A stretch of DNA of 64,000 nt from Emiliania huxleyi CCMP1516. Its lineage: Eukaryota. Numbering within the stretch: position 1 is the stretch's first letter; every line of letters begins with the position of its first letter. Location of the stretch: positions 294,293-358,292 of the forward strand of contig NW_005202368.1 of assembly GCF_000372725.1 (NCBI RefSeq). Direction: 5' to 3'. A model generated the notes under the pieces. That model was not told the origin of the DNA. It ran no database searches and saw only the letters and a list, made by a program, of their open reading frames with translations. Of the stretch, positions 48,259 through 61,200 are shown piece by piece. The position numbers and the translations under genes were made by a program.

Positions 48259-48402
48259 GGGTAAGGTAAGGTAAGGGTAAGGTAAACTTCTCCACACACA
48301 CGAGGTGGTGGGGCAAGGGGGGGCAACCCTCGCGTCTCCACGTCTAACGACAGGAGCCCCACGGCATTTAAAGTGTGCAAGGCCCGGTGCGCGTGGGTGA
48401 GC

Positions 48403-48450
<48 letters not shown>
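48259..48450 (+). mobile_element. (GT)n-tailed dispersed element copy
   Basis: Matches 29057-29380 and 56701-56922. Confidence 0.8.
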
Positions 48451-48451
<1 letters not shown>

Positions 48452-48719
48452 CGAAAGTAACGACGGCCATGCTAACGACGGGCGGCACGGTGGTAGGGGC
48501 GAAGGTAGGCCCCTCTAGCATAGCGGAAGGGGAACTAGGCCTACTGGCGACGAGGAGGCTGGAAAAATTCGAGGTATGTAGCATCTACACTGGGGAGATC
48601 TTCCGGACAGGAATCGGGAATACGTATACTCGGTGCGTGTACGTCACTTGCCAGTCCAAATGCGTCGCATTCCGCAGCCCGTCGAACGCCTCCCCCTTCA
48701 AAAATAAATAGAAAACGTC

Positions 48720-49860
48720 AATACATACACGTAATCATCGCGTGCGTGACGGTGCGATGGCCCTGTGGTTGCCTCATACGTACCACGTGTCACGTATACG
48801 GATTATGGATCTCCGCCGGTGCGCCGCGGCCCGCGGGAGGGCGGGGCGTCTTCGACGTATCACGTATCCGCATTACGCATACGTCCTTTTCACCGCAAAG
48901 CTTTGCCCCGGGGACGGTGCAATGGCCCGCGCGGCGGGTGCCTTACGTACCACGTCTCACGTTTCCGGATTATGTATCTCGCCCCGCGCGCCCCCGAGCC
49001 CCCCCCCCCTTACGTATCACGCATACGCATTACGCATTACGTATGTTTCATCCTTCGTAGTCCAAGGCAATGTTACAAAGCATAAATTGTACAAAGACAA
49101 TGGCAGTGAAGTGCCAAGAGAGACACCTTCTCCGCCGACAGTCAAACAGTTCCCTCGAGGTCTCACAGGACCCACACACAGCAGATTGCAGAGGCGCGCG
49201 GGCAGCCCGAGCGGCAGCGCCAGTGCGCGCACATAAAGGGGGGGGGGGTGGGGGGTTAGGGGGTGGCTGTCGAGGGCTATGCCCGAGTCTGTTGTTACCA
49301 GCGCACATACAACCCCAGCCAACTTATGGCAGCCCGAGCGGCAGCGCCAGTGCGCGCACATAAAGGGGGTTGGGGGGGGGATGCGTAATACGTATGCGTA
49401 ATACGTGGTGCGTAAGCCCTCTCCGACACCTTGGGCGTGCAAATGCGTAATACGTATGCGTAATACGTGAGGCGTAACCCCCGTCAGCCACCACTTCTCA
49501 CTCGAATCCGGAATGCGTGTGCGTAGTACGTGGTGCGGAGGCCCTCTCCGCACACCTTGGGCGTGCGAAGCTGCGTAAAACGTATGCGTAATACGTGAGG
49601 CGTAACCCCCGTCAGCCACCACTTCTCACTCGAATCCGGAATGCGTGTGCGTAGTACGTGGTGCGGAGGCCCTCTCCGACACCTTGGGCGTGCGAATGCA
49701 TCAAGCGTATGCGTAATGCGTGAGGCGTAACCCCCGCCGGCCGCCACTTCTCACTCGAATCCGGAATGCGTGTGCGTAGTACGTGGGGCGTAGCGCGCCT
49801 TGAGAGGCACACCCCGATCGGCCGAAGGTGGATGCAGAAGACAGATTCGTAATACGCAAG
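48720..49860. repeat. TACG/CGTA-motif-rich region including about 3 tandem units of 125-128 bp
   Basis: 'cgaatccggaatgcgtgtgcgtagtacgtgg' at about 49503, 49631 and 49756. tacgcattacg motifs on the left face atgcgtaatacg motifs on the right. Confidence 0.85.
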
Positions 49861-50118
49861 ACATTTGTAGCTCCCTCAGGCGCCACTTGGCTCGGGCACG
49901 ACACCGAAATACGCGCCGTCTGGCCGACGCACTATGGATCGCGGGCGCGTATTTACATAACATGGCCGATCTGTGCATTCTGGGCGACTACATATGCGTA
50001 GCAGTACAGACAACCTCCCGTACCTGTGCAAGAGGGTGCGGAGAGTGAGTTGAGGAAATGAATTCCTACCTGTGTACGGCTTTATGGCGCGCGCGGGCGG
50101 GCTGATTGCTTCAGCAGT

Positions 50119-50235
<117 letters not shown>

Positions 50236-50949
50236 AAAACCAACAACGAACAAGTAATCACGACTCTCACAAGTGTGAAGTGATCACGTACGATGTAGCA
50301 CTAGCAGTTGTGGCTCGTGGTCGTGCGAGTGCATACAACCCGAGCGTGCGAACTGCGAACGCGACCTCGCTCCTCGGGGGCTGCAGGGAAGGGCGGTGTA
50401 AGTAGCCGATCCTCGAAGTCCGCCCCGTTCCTCCCCATCGGGCCGCATAAGCGGCCACGCCTCGCAGATTCGTTTCTCGCGCCTGGGTCAGGCGCGCGGG
50501 GCATCCCCCGGGTCGCTCGACCAGCGATAGCGATCCGAAGAGTGGCCGCTATGCGAAGGAAAGAGCGGGGCCTCGACGCCTCAGTCCGGCCCTCCGAGGG
50601 GGGAAGGGAATTGCGGGAGCAATCCTGGGAGTGCGGCTGCCGATTGAAGTGCTACGGAACACCCGCCATAAAAACGGTATGGCGGTGGAATGCTCTCTAC
50701 TGCCGCGGCGCCCCTGTCGGTGCGAAGGCGCCCGGCGGGGGCCGCGCGCTTGGTCCTTGCTCTCCTTGAGGTGCTCCAAGATTGCAACATCGTGCGGCAA
50801 GAGACAAGACGATACAAGAATTTGCAATTTCCGGCGGAGTTTTTAGTTCCTAGATCAAATCCCGAAGAAAAATAGTACACACGCCTAGCAGCCTAACTAC
50901 GCCACGCATCTCTCCGGTCGGGCCGCGGCGTGGGCTGCGCGCCGGGCTG

Positions 50950-51615
50950 TCAGCAGGACGTCGCGCTCCGGTCGTGGCACAGGTTGGTGATCCAGTGCGT
51001 GTACTCGCCCAGCTCGACGCCGAGCGCGTCGGCGACGTGCTGCAGCAGTGTGGAAAAGAAGTGGATGTTCTTGACGAAGATGGTTGCGTTCTGCATGCGC
51101 ACGATGCCCGTGCACTTGAGCTTGCCATCCTCCAGATACAGGTGCAGCTCGCGGCAGCACTTGTTCATCCCCTGCACCGTCCAATCGTTGGCCTCGCTGC
51201 CGCCCGCGCCGCCCGCCTCGCAGCCCGTGAAGGGGAAGGTGATCGTCGCGCGCTTCGAGAGCGGCTCCAAGCGGAGGCAGTCGATCGCGTTGGCTATCTT
51301 CCGCGTGATGCCTGCGCGGTAGTCGCCCTGATCGCCGCCGCGCTCCTGGAGCTGCCACTGCGCAGCCTCCTCCGGCGTGTACTCCCAGCCCATATTTTTC
51401 TTCGTGTAGTACTCCAGCGCGCCTACCGGGAAGAGCTCCGTTGGCACCGTTGATGCGGCGACAGAGACGTCCTCGATCACCGCGACAAAGTTGCGGACGA
51501 CGTACTCGCCTCCCGGTTGAGTGATCTCGCGGAGGTGAGCGTACAGCTCCTTTGCAGTTGGAAAGTGAACGAACCCGGCGTTGAGGTTCCGGCACGGGGC
51601 GTGTTGGGACGCCAT
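50950..51615 (-). CDS. Divergent thymidylate synthase / dCMP hydroxymethylase-fold protein
   Basis: Intronless 221 aa. 'IDCLRLEPLSKRA', 'KCCRELHLYLEDGKLKCTGIVRMQNA' and 'KNIHFFSTLLQHVADALGVELGEYTHWI' follow the TS motif order. Confidence 0.75.
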   Translation of the reverse strand: MASQHAPCRNLNAGFVHFPTAKELYAHLREITQPGGEYVVRNFVAVIEDVSVAASTVPTELFPVGALEYYTKKNMGWEYTPEEAAQWQLQERGGDQGDYRAGITRKIANAIDCLRLEPLSKRATITFPFTGCEAGGAGGSEANDWTVQGMNKCCRELHLYLEDGKLKCTGIVRMQNATIFVKNIHFFSTLLQHVADALGVELGEYTHWITNLCHDRSATSC

Positions 51616-52377
51616 ATCGCGGCCAACGGGGCCGGCGGCCGTGGCGCAAGTGTAGCCCCTCGAGAACGCCCCGCCCGCACGTGAGACCTCGAGAGAAGCT
51701 TCTCTCGAGGTTCTCGAGGTGGATATCCTTTGAGAGAAGCTTCCCGAGCGTCAAGAGTGTGTACTCACACTCACTCACCCACGTCAAGAACGGGCTTACT
51801 TTGGCGGGCAACGGGGTGGCTGCTGGGAGGCGTGAATCGGCAAACCCCGCCCGGAAAGTGCGGCAAAAATATATCGCGGCCAACGGGGCTGGACTCGTGC
51901 TGATGGACCCAGCCGAGATGCCCAACCAGTCGGAGCCGCGCCGAACGCTGACGCTTTTGAAAAGAATTTCAAATTAAAGACTCCCGCACACGCACGATTC
52001 ACACGACAGACAAGGCGCAGACGACGGCTTCCTTAGAAGCCATCGTCCTCGCCACAAGAGCCGGCGTCCGAAATCCCCTCCTCCGACACCCGCCCCACCC
52101 CACCCCACCCCGGACCCCTCCCCAAAGCCCCACAGGCAAAACTTTCAGATCTAAGCGCGTGTCTTAGCCAAGGCTCGCGCCTACACGTGTAGGTGCTTGT
52201 GTCAGACACGCGCCCACACGTGCAGGTGCGAGCCCTACAAGCTAACATGAGCGCCCGTGTTGGGGGACCATACCACAGCCCGCCAAAAACTCAACCCGTG
52301 TGTCTCGCAACCCTGGCCCGCGACGTCCACTTTAAGCCGAAGGGGCGCCCTACCGCCGACCGGCGCTGCCGAGAGCC

Positions 52378-53261
52378 ATGCCGGGCGCGATGTCGGAGGG
52401 CGAGAATGCCATGTTCGGCGCCCTCTGCGGCTGCATCGAGACGACGCTGCTGCAGTCGACCAACTACTGGAAGAATGCGGCGCAGCAGGGGCTGCCCTTC
52501 ACGCTCAACCCGTCTGTGCTCTACCGTGGGTATGTCGCCAACCTATTCAACAACGGCGCGGCGACGTCGTCCCAGTTTTTCTTTGGTGGCATCATCAAGA
52601 AGTCCATGACTGGCGGCGCCGACCGGCCGCTCACGGGATCAGAGACCATCACCGCCGCTGTCGGTGCCGGCGTGCTCTCCGGGCCGGTCTGCAGCCCAAT
52701 CGAGCTGGTCATGATCCAGCAGCAGCGCAAGGGTGGCAGCCTGTTCGGCACGGCGGCTGAACTCGCGCGCGGAGGCCACCTCACCCGTGGCACGACGGGG
52801 ATGATGCTGCGAGAAGGCTCCCGCCGCCGCCTCTGTCGCCGCCGCCGCCACCCTCCGCTACCAGCCACGCGGCCCGGCCCTGCCCCTCCACAGGCCTCTT
52901 TTGCGGCGGCTACATGGGCGTGACGCCCGTGATGCGTGGTTGGCTTCGCGAGAACTACCCCGACTCGATTGGATCGACCGAGGACCGCGCGAGGCTGGCC
53001 GCCACCCTCATCTCGACGCCGGTCTGCTCCTTTGCCTCGCATCCGCCCGACACGCTCAAGACCTGCCTGCAGGGCGACGTCGAGCGGACCAAATTTGGCG
53101 GATACAGCCAGACCGCGAGCACGCTCGTTGGAGAGAGCGGCTATCCCGCCCTCTGGCGCGGGCTGCCCTGGCGCTGCTTACGCCAGATATGCGCCGTCTT
53201 CATCTTCGACAAGCTGAGCGCAGAGCTCGCGCCACGCATCTTCCCGCACGCCTTCCACTGA
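52378..53261 (+). CDS. Mitochondrial carrier family (SLC25) protein, 2 exons
   Basis: Carrier signatures 'SPIELVMIQQQ' and 'HPPDTLKTCLQ', plus LYRG/LWRG. The GC-AG intron 52817-52893 joins REG|LFCGGYMG. Confidence 0.9.
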
Positions 53262-54329
53262 TCTGCCGCGATACTGGGCGGTGTGTGCACCGGACGGTGT
53301 GTGTGCACTCTCTGGCATGGGGCTGGGGCGGAGTTGGTCCTGGGACGAGGCGCGTCTGCACTTGTTGCTCGAGAGAGGGTTGCGCCCCTTGCGGGTGCAG
53401 GGACCGCAGCGAGCAGGGCGAGGTCGAGCAGAAACGCTCTCGCTCGGATGCCGCATCGCCCACAACTGTCGCATGCGTATCCGACACCCCTGTGCAAAGT
53501 TCCCGCCTGATCGATCGGGTTTGGCGATCCCGATCGGAAGCCGGATCCGTTACGCGTTAGTCGAGTGTTCGTTGAGCGTTTTCGTCTCAATCCGGATTGC
53601 GGATGGCCCCATGATGGCCCGCAGGCAAAGCCAGAAGGCGCCGCGTGGACCGATCAATCCGATTGTTAACGCGATTTCTCCGCCGCGCGCGCGCGCACCC
53701 CGGTCTGAGACAGAGCTCAGAGGTCTGAGAGAGGTGTGGCTGTGGGGGGTGTGCGGGTGTGGCCGGTTCCTTTTTGTCCTAGCATTTTTTTATTTCACGT
53801 ATGGAAAAGCATGCTAGTAGCTAGAGCGGCGCGGCGCACAAGAACTATCCTGTGAGTTTCTCTCTGCTTCTCCGCCTGTCCCGCGACCTGTCCCGCCGGG
53901 CATTGCGCAACGCCTTGTGCTGGGCAACCTCCAGGGCCTCTCGGCAATGGAATCTCGCTCTCACGTCAGTCATTTCTAGTGAGGAGCACCCAGCGCATCT
54001 TTCGCTTCTTCTCGAGGGAGAGGGTCAGCGTGCGTAGCGAGCCAGGCCCGTCCTCGATGTGCCACTCGCAGTCGGCCGCCTATAGTGGACCGGGGGTAGG
54101 CCAACGCCAGGCGCACACCGCCAGTGTGCGCATACAGCGAGCTGAGGGCGTGGCGGCGGCATCGTGCGGAGAGGGGGGGAGGGGGGGAGGGGGGGGGGGG
54201 GGAAGAGCACACACGGACCGCCCGAAGACGGGGGAACGGCTGCGGCGACACAGTCGGGCACAGTACAGAGGACAGAGGAGTGCAGGTCTCCTCGAACGCC
54301 CTTGGTCGTGCAGGGGGGCCAGTCTGGCG

Positions 54330-55688
54330 CATCTCTGGGTAAGCGGCGTTGATCGGCTGGAAGAGCTTCCCGCAGAGAGGCTCGCGCTTCCCCTCCGGCA
54401 ACGTGCCTGGCGACGGGGAGAAGGGGAGATCTGGGGAGATCTGGGGAACTCCGCTTCCCCTCCGGCAGAGGCTGCCTGGCAATGGTGATCAGCGCTGATG
54501 AGTGAGTCAATCACTGTCTCCCGCCCTCCGGCTGCGGCGCCGACGCTCAGCCGCGCCCACTGCTCCTTGAGATCGAGCCGCACCTGGGAGGTGCCGTGGA
54601 CGTGTCGTGGACGTGTCGTGGACAGGTCTCCGCACTTGTCCGCGCGCGCGGGCCGCGCCTACGGCACCGAAACGGCGCAGGCGACTACACAGAGAAAGCG
54701 GGCGAGGAGCGCGCGTCCTCGGGCGCGAGCCGCACGTCCCTCGACTTTGTGCCTGCCGGCAGCGTGACCCGCACCGTCACCTCCTCCCCCCCGTCTTCCC
54801 AGGACAGCTCCCCACCCCCGCCCGCCGCCGCTTCGCCCGCCGCCGCCCCACCCGCCGCCGCCCCACCCGCCGCCGCTTCGCCCGCCGCCGCGGCGCCGTC
54901 GAGCAGCCGCGGGGCCCCGGGGGGCCGCGGCGGCGGCGCCGCCGCGGCGGCTGCCGCCACCGACCCGCGCCGGCCCTCGGCGAGCCCCGCCCGGCGTGGC
55001 GGGCGGAGCTCCCCCCCCCCCGCAGGGCCGCCCCGGGGCCCCGCCCCGCCTGCCCCGCGCGGCGGGGCCCCCGCCCCCGGGGGCCCGGCCGATGCTCGAC
55101 CCGCGATTTGAGCCGCCCGCGGACTGCCGCCGTGGGCGCCGCCGTGGGTGCCGCCTTGGCCGCCGCCTTGGCCGCCGCCTGGGCCGCCTCCAGCCAGCCG
55201 CGCTCTGTGAGCAGCTGCGGCGCAGCCTCTCCTCCGAGCCGTAGCTGGCCGGCTGCGGGAGCCCCATAGGCGAGGCGGCCCACGAAGCAGTCGCCGCGCA
55301 CGGCTCGCGGCTGGCCGGCAGCCTGCGTCAGGAGCGACGCTCGCTCGTTGGGAGGCAGGCCCTTGAGGCCGCCATGCCGGTCGTACATCAGGACGACAGA
55401 GTCAGACCCGACAACAAGGCCGGTCGAGTTTGGCGGCAGCAGCACGAGCGCGGCAGCGCCGTTGAGCGCCTTGAGCGCGGCGTAGACGTCGTCCGGGACG
55501 GTTAGCGCCTGGGCGTACGAAGTGCCGGTGTGCGCCTCGACGGCAGCGAGGTCGCACCTCTCCTTGCTGGCAAACTTGCTCGCGCCGAGGTGCTCGTCCA
55601 CCGCGGCGCGCGCCTCGCCGAGGCTCGCGACCTCTCGCGGCTGCGGCGGGCTGCTCTTGTCGCACGGGAGCAGCGTCCAGACCACCAT
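54330..55688 (-). CDS. Probable CS (p23/NudC-like) domain protein, multi-exon, boundaries uncertain
   Basis: 'LSWEDGGEEVTVRVTLPAGTKSRDV', then 'LDLKEQWARLSV' and 'LCGKLFQPI', fit a CS domain. The N-terminal exon starts MVVWTLLP at 55688. Confidence 0.55.
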
Positions 55689-56380
55689 CTCGGCGACGTG
55701 CGCGCAGCTGGCAGCTGAACGCGAGCTCGAAAAATACTCACAACAAAGTACAAAGCCTCGAGGTGGATAGGTGAGCCACACCGAACGTACCGAGCGAAGA
55801 GCCGAGCGGAAGGAGGACGGGGAAGATGACTCCGAGGAGGACGAACCAGTGGAAATCCAGTTGTCAGATGTCACGATGCATCCGAAGGGGACCCCAGCGC
55901 CGGCATCATCCGTAGAGGCACGAGTGTTCGAAGAGAGAGTGGACCTGAGCAACAACATGACCTGTAGGCAAATGATCGGAGTGGGAGTCAGAAATGTGGT
56001 CCTTGCGCGAGGGGAGCTCGATAGACTCGAGGGGCCAGGATACGCCGCGAGGAGGACGGAGTTGCGCCGAAAGGCGAAAGAAGCCGCGAGAACAAGGGAC
56101 CGGCAGGCGGCGGCGTCGCAGGACGAGGCAGAAGAGAACGACGCGACAGAGGAGGAAGTGACAAGGGAGAGAACGACGAGAGTGGGACGACCGCGAGGTG
56201 GCATGAAGGTTGCAGCGAGAATCGGCGAGAGACTGCGAAGAGAGATAGGAAGAGGCAGACTCCCTAGGGTGGGCGACGGCTAGCGCACCACACACCTCTC
56301 CTTAAAATCCCTGTGTGGTGGCGGCGTGCCGTCCTCCCATCCCTCCCTTGGGTTGTCTGTTTTCTTTCTTTCTTTCTTTT

Positions 56381-56837
56381 CCTTTGGCCGCGTTGGGTAG
56401 CGAGGATTGGTGTAACCTGTAACCCGAGCCACGGAGGCGTGTTTTCTGACGGCCGACCGTCAGTGCACGGAGTTGCCCCTTCTCCGACTGCCCCGGCTAG
56501 TTCCCGAGGTCGTCGGGTGTGACCCCTGCGTCCCCCGAGACCTACCTACCTAGCGCGGGTGGGTTGGAGGGGGCTCGCTGCGGTAAAGGGGCCCCGCCAG
56601 AGCCGGAAACTTTAGGCGGAGCGAGCGCCAAACGGCTATTGCTCTCCACTACTACCGCGAAATTGCCGTGAAATCTGCTTTGCCGCCAAAGCGTGTGACG
56701 AAGGTAAGGTAAGGTAAGGTAAACTTCTCCACACACACGATGTGGTGGGGCAAGGGGGGGCAACCCTCGCGTCTCCACGTCTAACGACAGGAGCCCCACG
56801 GCATTCAAAGTGCAAGGCCCGGTGCGCGTGGGTGAGC

Positions 56838-56922
<85 letters not shown>
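56381..56922 (+). mobile_element. SINE-like repeat fragment (56381-56577) and a (GT)n-tailed element copy (56701-56922)
   Basis: Both match other copies in the window. Confidence 0.75.
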
Positions 56923-56923
<1 letters not shown>

Positions 56924-58275
56924 ACGTCACTGCATCCTCTGCCGGTTCCTCCCGTCGCCTCTTCTTTGTTCGAATGTTTTTCAATCCATCCTTCACGAAG
57001 CCCTCCCATGTAGCTAGCGTTCTTTGCGAATGTCTCGAAATGGCCAGCAGGCGCTGTCTGCTCGCGGCCTGTGCCCCCGGGCCGCTCGTCCTCCTCGCCC
57101 TTCTTTCGTCCTCCCGTCCCTCCCCTCCACCATGGCCTCCTCGGTACTTCTTTCTCCATCCGCCTCGCCCTGCCTTTTCGTATCGTGCCGTTCGCCCTCC
57201 ATTCGGTGACCTCCATGGCTGTCCGCCTCCTTTTGGGTGGCGCTCTCGATACCGTTGGGTCAACCTCGACGTCGCTGTCGCCCTCCCCGTCCCCGCCGTC
57301 GCCTGTGCCTCGGTTCGCGTCATTGGTAGCGTTTCCGTTGCCCCCTCGTGCTCCGCCGTCGCCCTCTCTGCTCGGGCCGTTCGCGATTTCGCTCCTCCTG
57401 CGTGTCGCCCCTCCGTCTCCTCCCCTGCCTTCGTCGTCATCGTCGCTGTCGCGTTTAAGCCCTCCGGTCCCTCGATTCCCTCGTCTATCCCCTCCGCTGC
57501 GTCGTCCCAGTTTATATCCTCATCTCTGTGCGTGTTTTCGTTCCCTCCCCTTCTCCATCGTTGTCGCCTCCGTCGACTGTGGCGCTGCCTCTTCCCTCGC
57601 CTCCGTCCTCCTCGTCTCGCCTGGCCATCGTCCCGTGTCTCCTCGTCCTCGCCATCGCCTTGGCCGTTGTCTACCTGTTCATCGTGTCCCCTGCTGGTGG
57701 TGGCATCGCCGTTGGCTTCCTCTCTCCCACTTTCCTCCCTGCCCCTCTCGCTGTCTGGTGTTAATGGACCCCCTTCCTCTCCCTCGCCGCCGTCACCGTC
57801 ACCATCCCCGTCGCTCCCGCCCTCCATCCCCGCCGCCCTTTGTCTCACACTCGTCTCTGCCATGTCCGCCGTCGCCGCCGTCCTGTCTGCTGCTCTGGGC
57901 TCCGTTGTACAGTCGCTTATTGTTGCTCAGGATTAGCTCTCGCACCAGGACAGCCTCCTGCTCGTTACTTTGGCTTGCCGATATGCATCCAAAGTTCCAC
58001 GCTAGCTCCTCCTTCGTGTGACGAGGTTTGCCACGAAAAAGTCTCCCCAGCTGGAAATGGGGGTAACTGGGCGAAATGAGCAAACACTGGGGACGGGACT
58101 GGCATGGCACTAACACAGGTACACCACGGGAGCCGCCTAAGAATTTAAGGACAACTCTCTCTCTCTCACAGCAGACAGGCTCGACACAGGCGCGGACGGC
58201 AAAGCATCTCAAACCCTAAGTCCACCCGCACGGCCGAACACGGACCGCGAGACCGTTGACACCGCAACACACTAG

Positions 58276-61200
58276 CTAGACGGATTGCTGACCCGCCGAT
58301 GTCTCGTGGCCGACGTCGCCACCGTCGTGGTCGCCGCCGCCGCCGCGGACCGACCGTTCGAAGAGGCCGCCAACGGCGCGGCAGACGAGGCTCTTCCAGC
58401 GGCGGAGGTCAACCCTTGCCCGGGCCGGAGTCGCGCCGAGGCCCTTAGCCACGAGCACGAGCGACACCTATGGAGGGGCTCGCGGGCGTCACGCGGGGGA
58501 AACCGGCGCGGAGAACGCCCTCCGCTGCCGCGCGCCTCGTGGTGGCGCCCCGGGTAGCACGATTTCGCCAGGTCCTTGTAGAGGCCTCCGGCGATGAGCT
58601 CCTGCGGTGCATTGGAAGGAGAGGTGGAGGGCATGGGACACGGCGGGATGGCCGCGCCTCTGAGAGAGTCGCTCTCCTGCGGCGTGGTCTCAAAGAAGCG
58701 CGAGAAGGGCACGCCGCCCTTTTCGGGGTCGTTCTCGTGCGCCATCACGATCGGCAGCCTGTCCTCGCGCGCCTGCCTGACCTGCTCGGCCAGCCTCTCG
58801 TCCGACCAGGTGTCCTCGTTGAGGTAGAGCAGCATGTGCGTCGCGTCGCCGGCGCGGCGCGGCGCCGAGCGGCGCATGATACTGGAGAAGCGGCCCGAAG
58901 CCCGGGATGCGACAGAGCCGCGGTCCTCGGCCGTGGAGACGGTGAGGCCGGCGAAGGCGGCGGCGAGCTCGTTGGCCAGATCCACCGACCCCGCGTTGGC
59001 CGGCGAGGCCCAGAGCGTCACGGGCTTCGCAAGGGCGAACGAGTGGATGCGCGGCTCACCCGGCACGTACAGGCCGAGGGCGTCCAGCCCGTCGTAGTCG
59101 GGCGAGCAGAGGAGCACCGCCTGTGGGTGCAAAGCGGGAACGTCCAGATACTAGAGAGAGAGGGGCGCGGTGTATGAACTAACGGCGCCTCGACGATGGT
59201 CTTGAGCGAGACGCGCTGGAACTCCTCGATGCGATACCACGTCGTCTGCGTGCGGCCCTGGTCAAAGATGTCCGACTGCAGTTCGTCAGGGCACTCATCG
59301 CGCAGCGCCTGCAGCGTCCCGCCGCCCTTGGCCGGGTCTGCTTCTTGCACGAGGACGAGCGGCTTGCTCTGCTCGAGCGTCGCCCGGATCTCGCGGAGGC
59401 AATTCTGGCGGCGCGCGCGGAGCGAAGGGTGAGCTGCGGGGAGTGTCGAGGGGGGGCTCGGCGGCTCGCGCTGCGTTGGGGAGGCGTGGCCGGGCGGCGT
59501 GCGAGCGCCGGTGAGCGGAAGTAGCCCTGCGAGAGGAAGAAGAGAATCATTTGCGTGCGCCGGATGTACTCCTCGAGCGCCCCGATGTCTTTGAGATCAT
59601 CGACCTATGAGTACAAGACGCGCTGTCAGAGGCGCTGTCTCCCTGTACGCGGCGCGATGAACATGCGCGCGCGCGCGTCGAGAAAGACTTTGATGCCTGG
59701 CAGCAGCAGCTGCAGCTCGCTCTTGATGACTCCGACGGTGTCTTGACCAGTCGACCTATTCGGGGTCGGGGATGCCTCATGCGCGGTTCGGACCCTCTTC
59801 TTCCCTCCGCAGCTGTGATTCACCAAATGTGCGAGAGGAAGAGGTGCCACGCGAGGCCCCGCGCGAGGGTGAGTTCGGGCGGCTGCTTGGTGGAGACAAG
59901 GCGGATCGTTGGGACCTTGGCCGTGAGGCGGGCGGCGACGACGGCGCCGGCGAGGGAGATCAAGAGCGCAACGCCGGCCAGGCCGATCATCGTGCTGACG
60001 ATCGGGTTAAGCTTGCTGAAACCGAATACGGCAGAGGCATCATCGGTTCCGGAGCGCTCCACGATTCGGAGGAAGATGGTGGTCCAATTGGCGCCGAGGA
60101 AGACGATGAGGAGGATGAGGCTCATCGCGACGGCGAGGACAGAATCCTCGACACGCTTGTACGGCTTGGTGGCGGCGACGAGCGCGACGTAGCAGGAACA
60201 GATGAGGGTTGCCACCACGAGCCGAAGCAAGGCATTCTCCTCCGGGATCAGCAGGACGAAGCCCGTCAGCACGAGCTTGCGCGCCAGCTCCAACGCCTCC
60301 CACCAGTAAAAGGTCGTTTTGTACTCCCGATGGAGGAAGGCGGTCGCTCGCGTCAGCGCCGTCGGCGTCTTGGCCTGCAGCGGCTTGTGGCAAGCGAAGA
60401 GGAGCGCCGTGAACAGGACCAGCGAGCCGACGGGCCAGAGGACGATGAGGCCGATGGCGAGGCCGGGGATAGACTCGTGATCCTCGGTGCCGCACTCGAC
60501 GCTCGCGTCCAATCGCATGTAGGAGACCTGCCGCAGCGACTCGCCGGGCGGAGAGACAGTGTAGGCCTATCAGCAGCAACCCCCTAGGACTGAGGGTGGT
60601 GTGTATGCAATGGCATTCCTCAGCTGGAGGCGCCTGGCAACTCCACGCGCGGAAGATGGAGGCGCTGATGGAGGGCACAAAGCAGAAGACGAGCACGAGG
60701 CCGGCCGGCGTGAGGTCGAGGAGGCCGGCCAGTGCGTACCACGGCCTCGCGTGCGGCGCCGGGGCGGCGCGCCAGCCGTGGAGCCGCAGGCTTACTCCAG
60801 CGATCATTAGCAGCGCTATGAGGGCGATGGGCGAGAGGGCGATGCCGAGCAGCCGCAAACCGTAGCCGAGGCACTGCTGTGGCAAGTAAAGGCCCGACCA
60901 GTCGATGGAGACGGCGTCGGCCACTGCGTCGGTCCAGCCCGTGTACTCTGGAGGCAGACGCGTGGAGTAGGTGGTGGACAAGACGGTGACAATCTGGTAG
61001 AAGCCAAACAGGATCTTGAACTTGGCCGTGAGGCCGATCGCGATGTACCAGTAGACGGCACGGTCCGCGAGGCGAAGCAGACGGCCGATGCAGCGCTTCT
61101 CCCGCCACTCTGTCATGCTGTAGCAATACGCCGCGAGGCCGCACGCGACGCAGAGGCCGAGGATGAGGCCGACGATGCGGCCAGCCGCCGCGCCGCGCGG

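Noticed and set aside
55771..57936. Charged or Ser-rich ORFs (55771-56283, 56839-57936, 56922-57863)
   Set aside because: Purine/pyrimidine-skewed low-complexity sequence. It might be retroelement ORF1 debris, but no motif supports a call.
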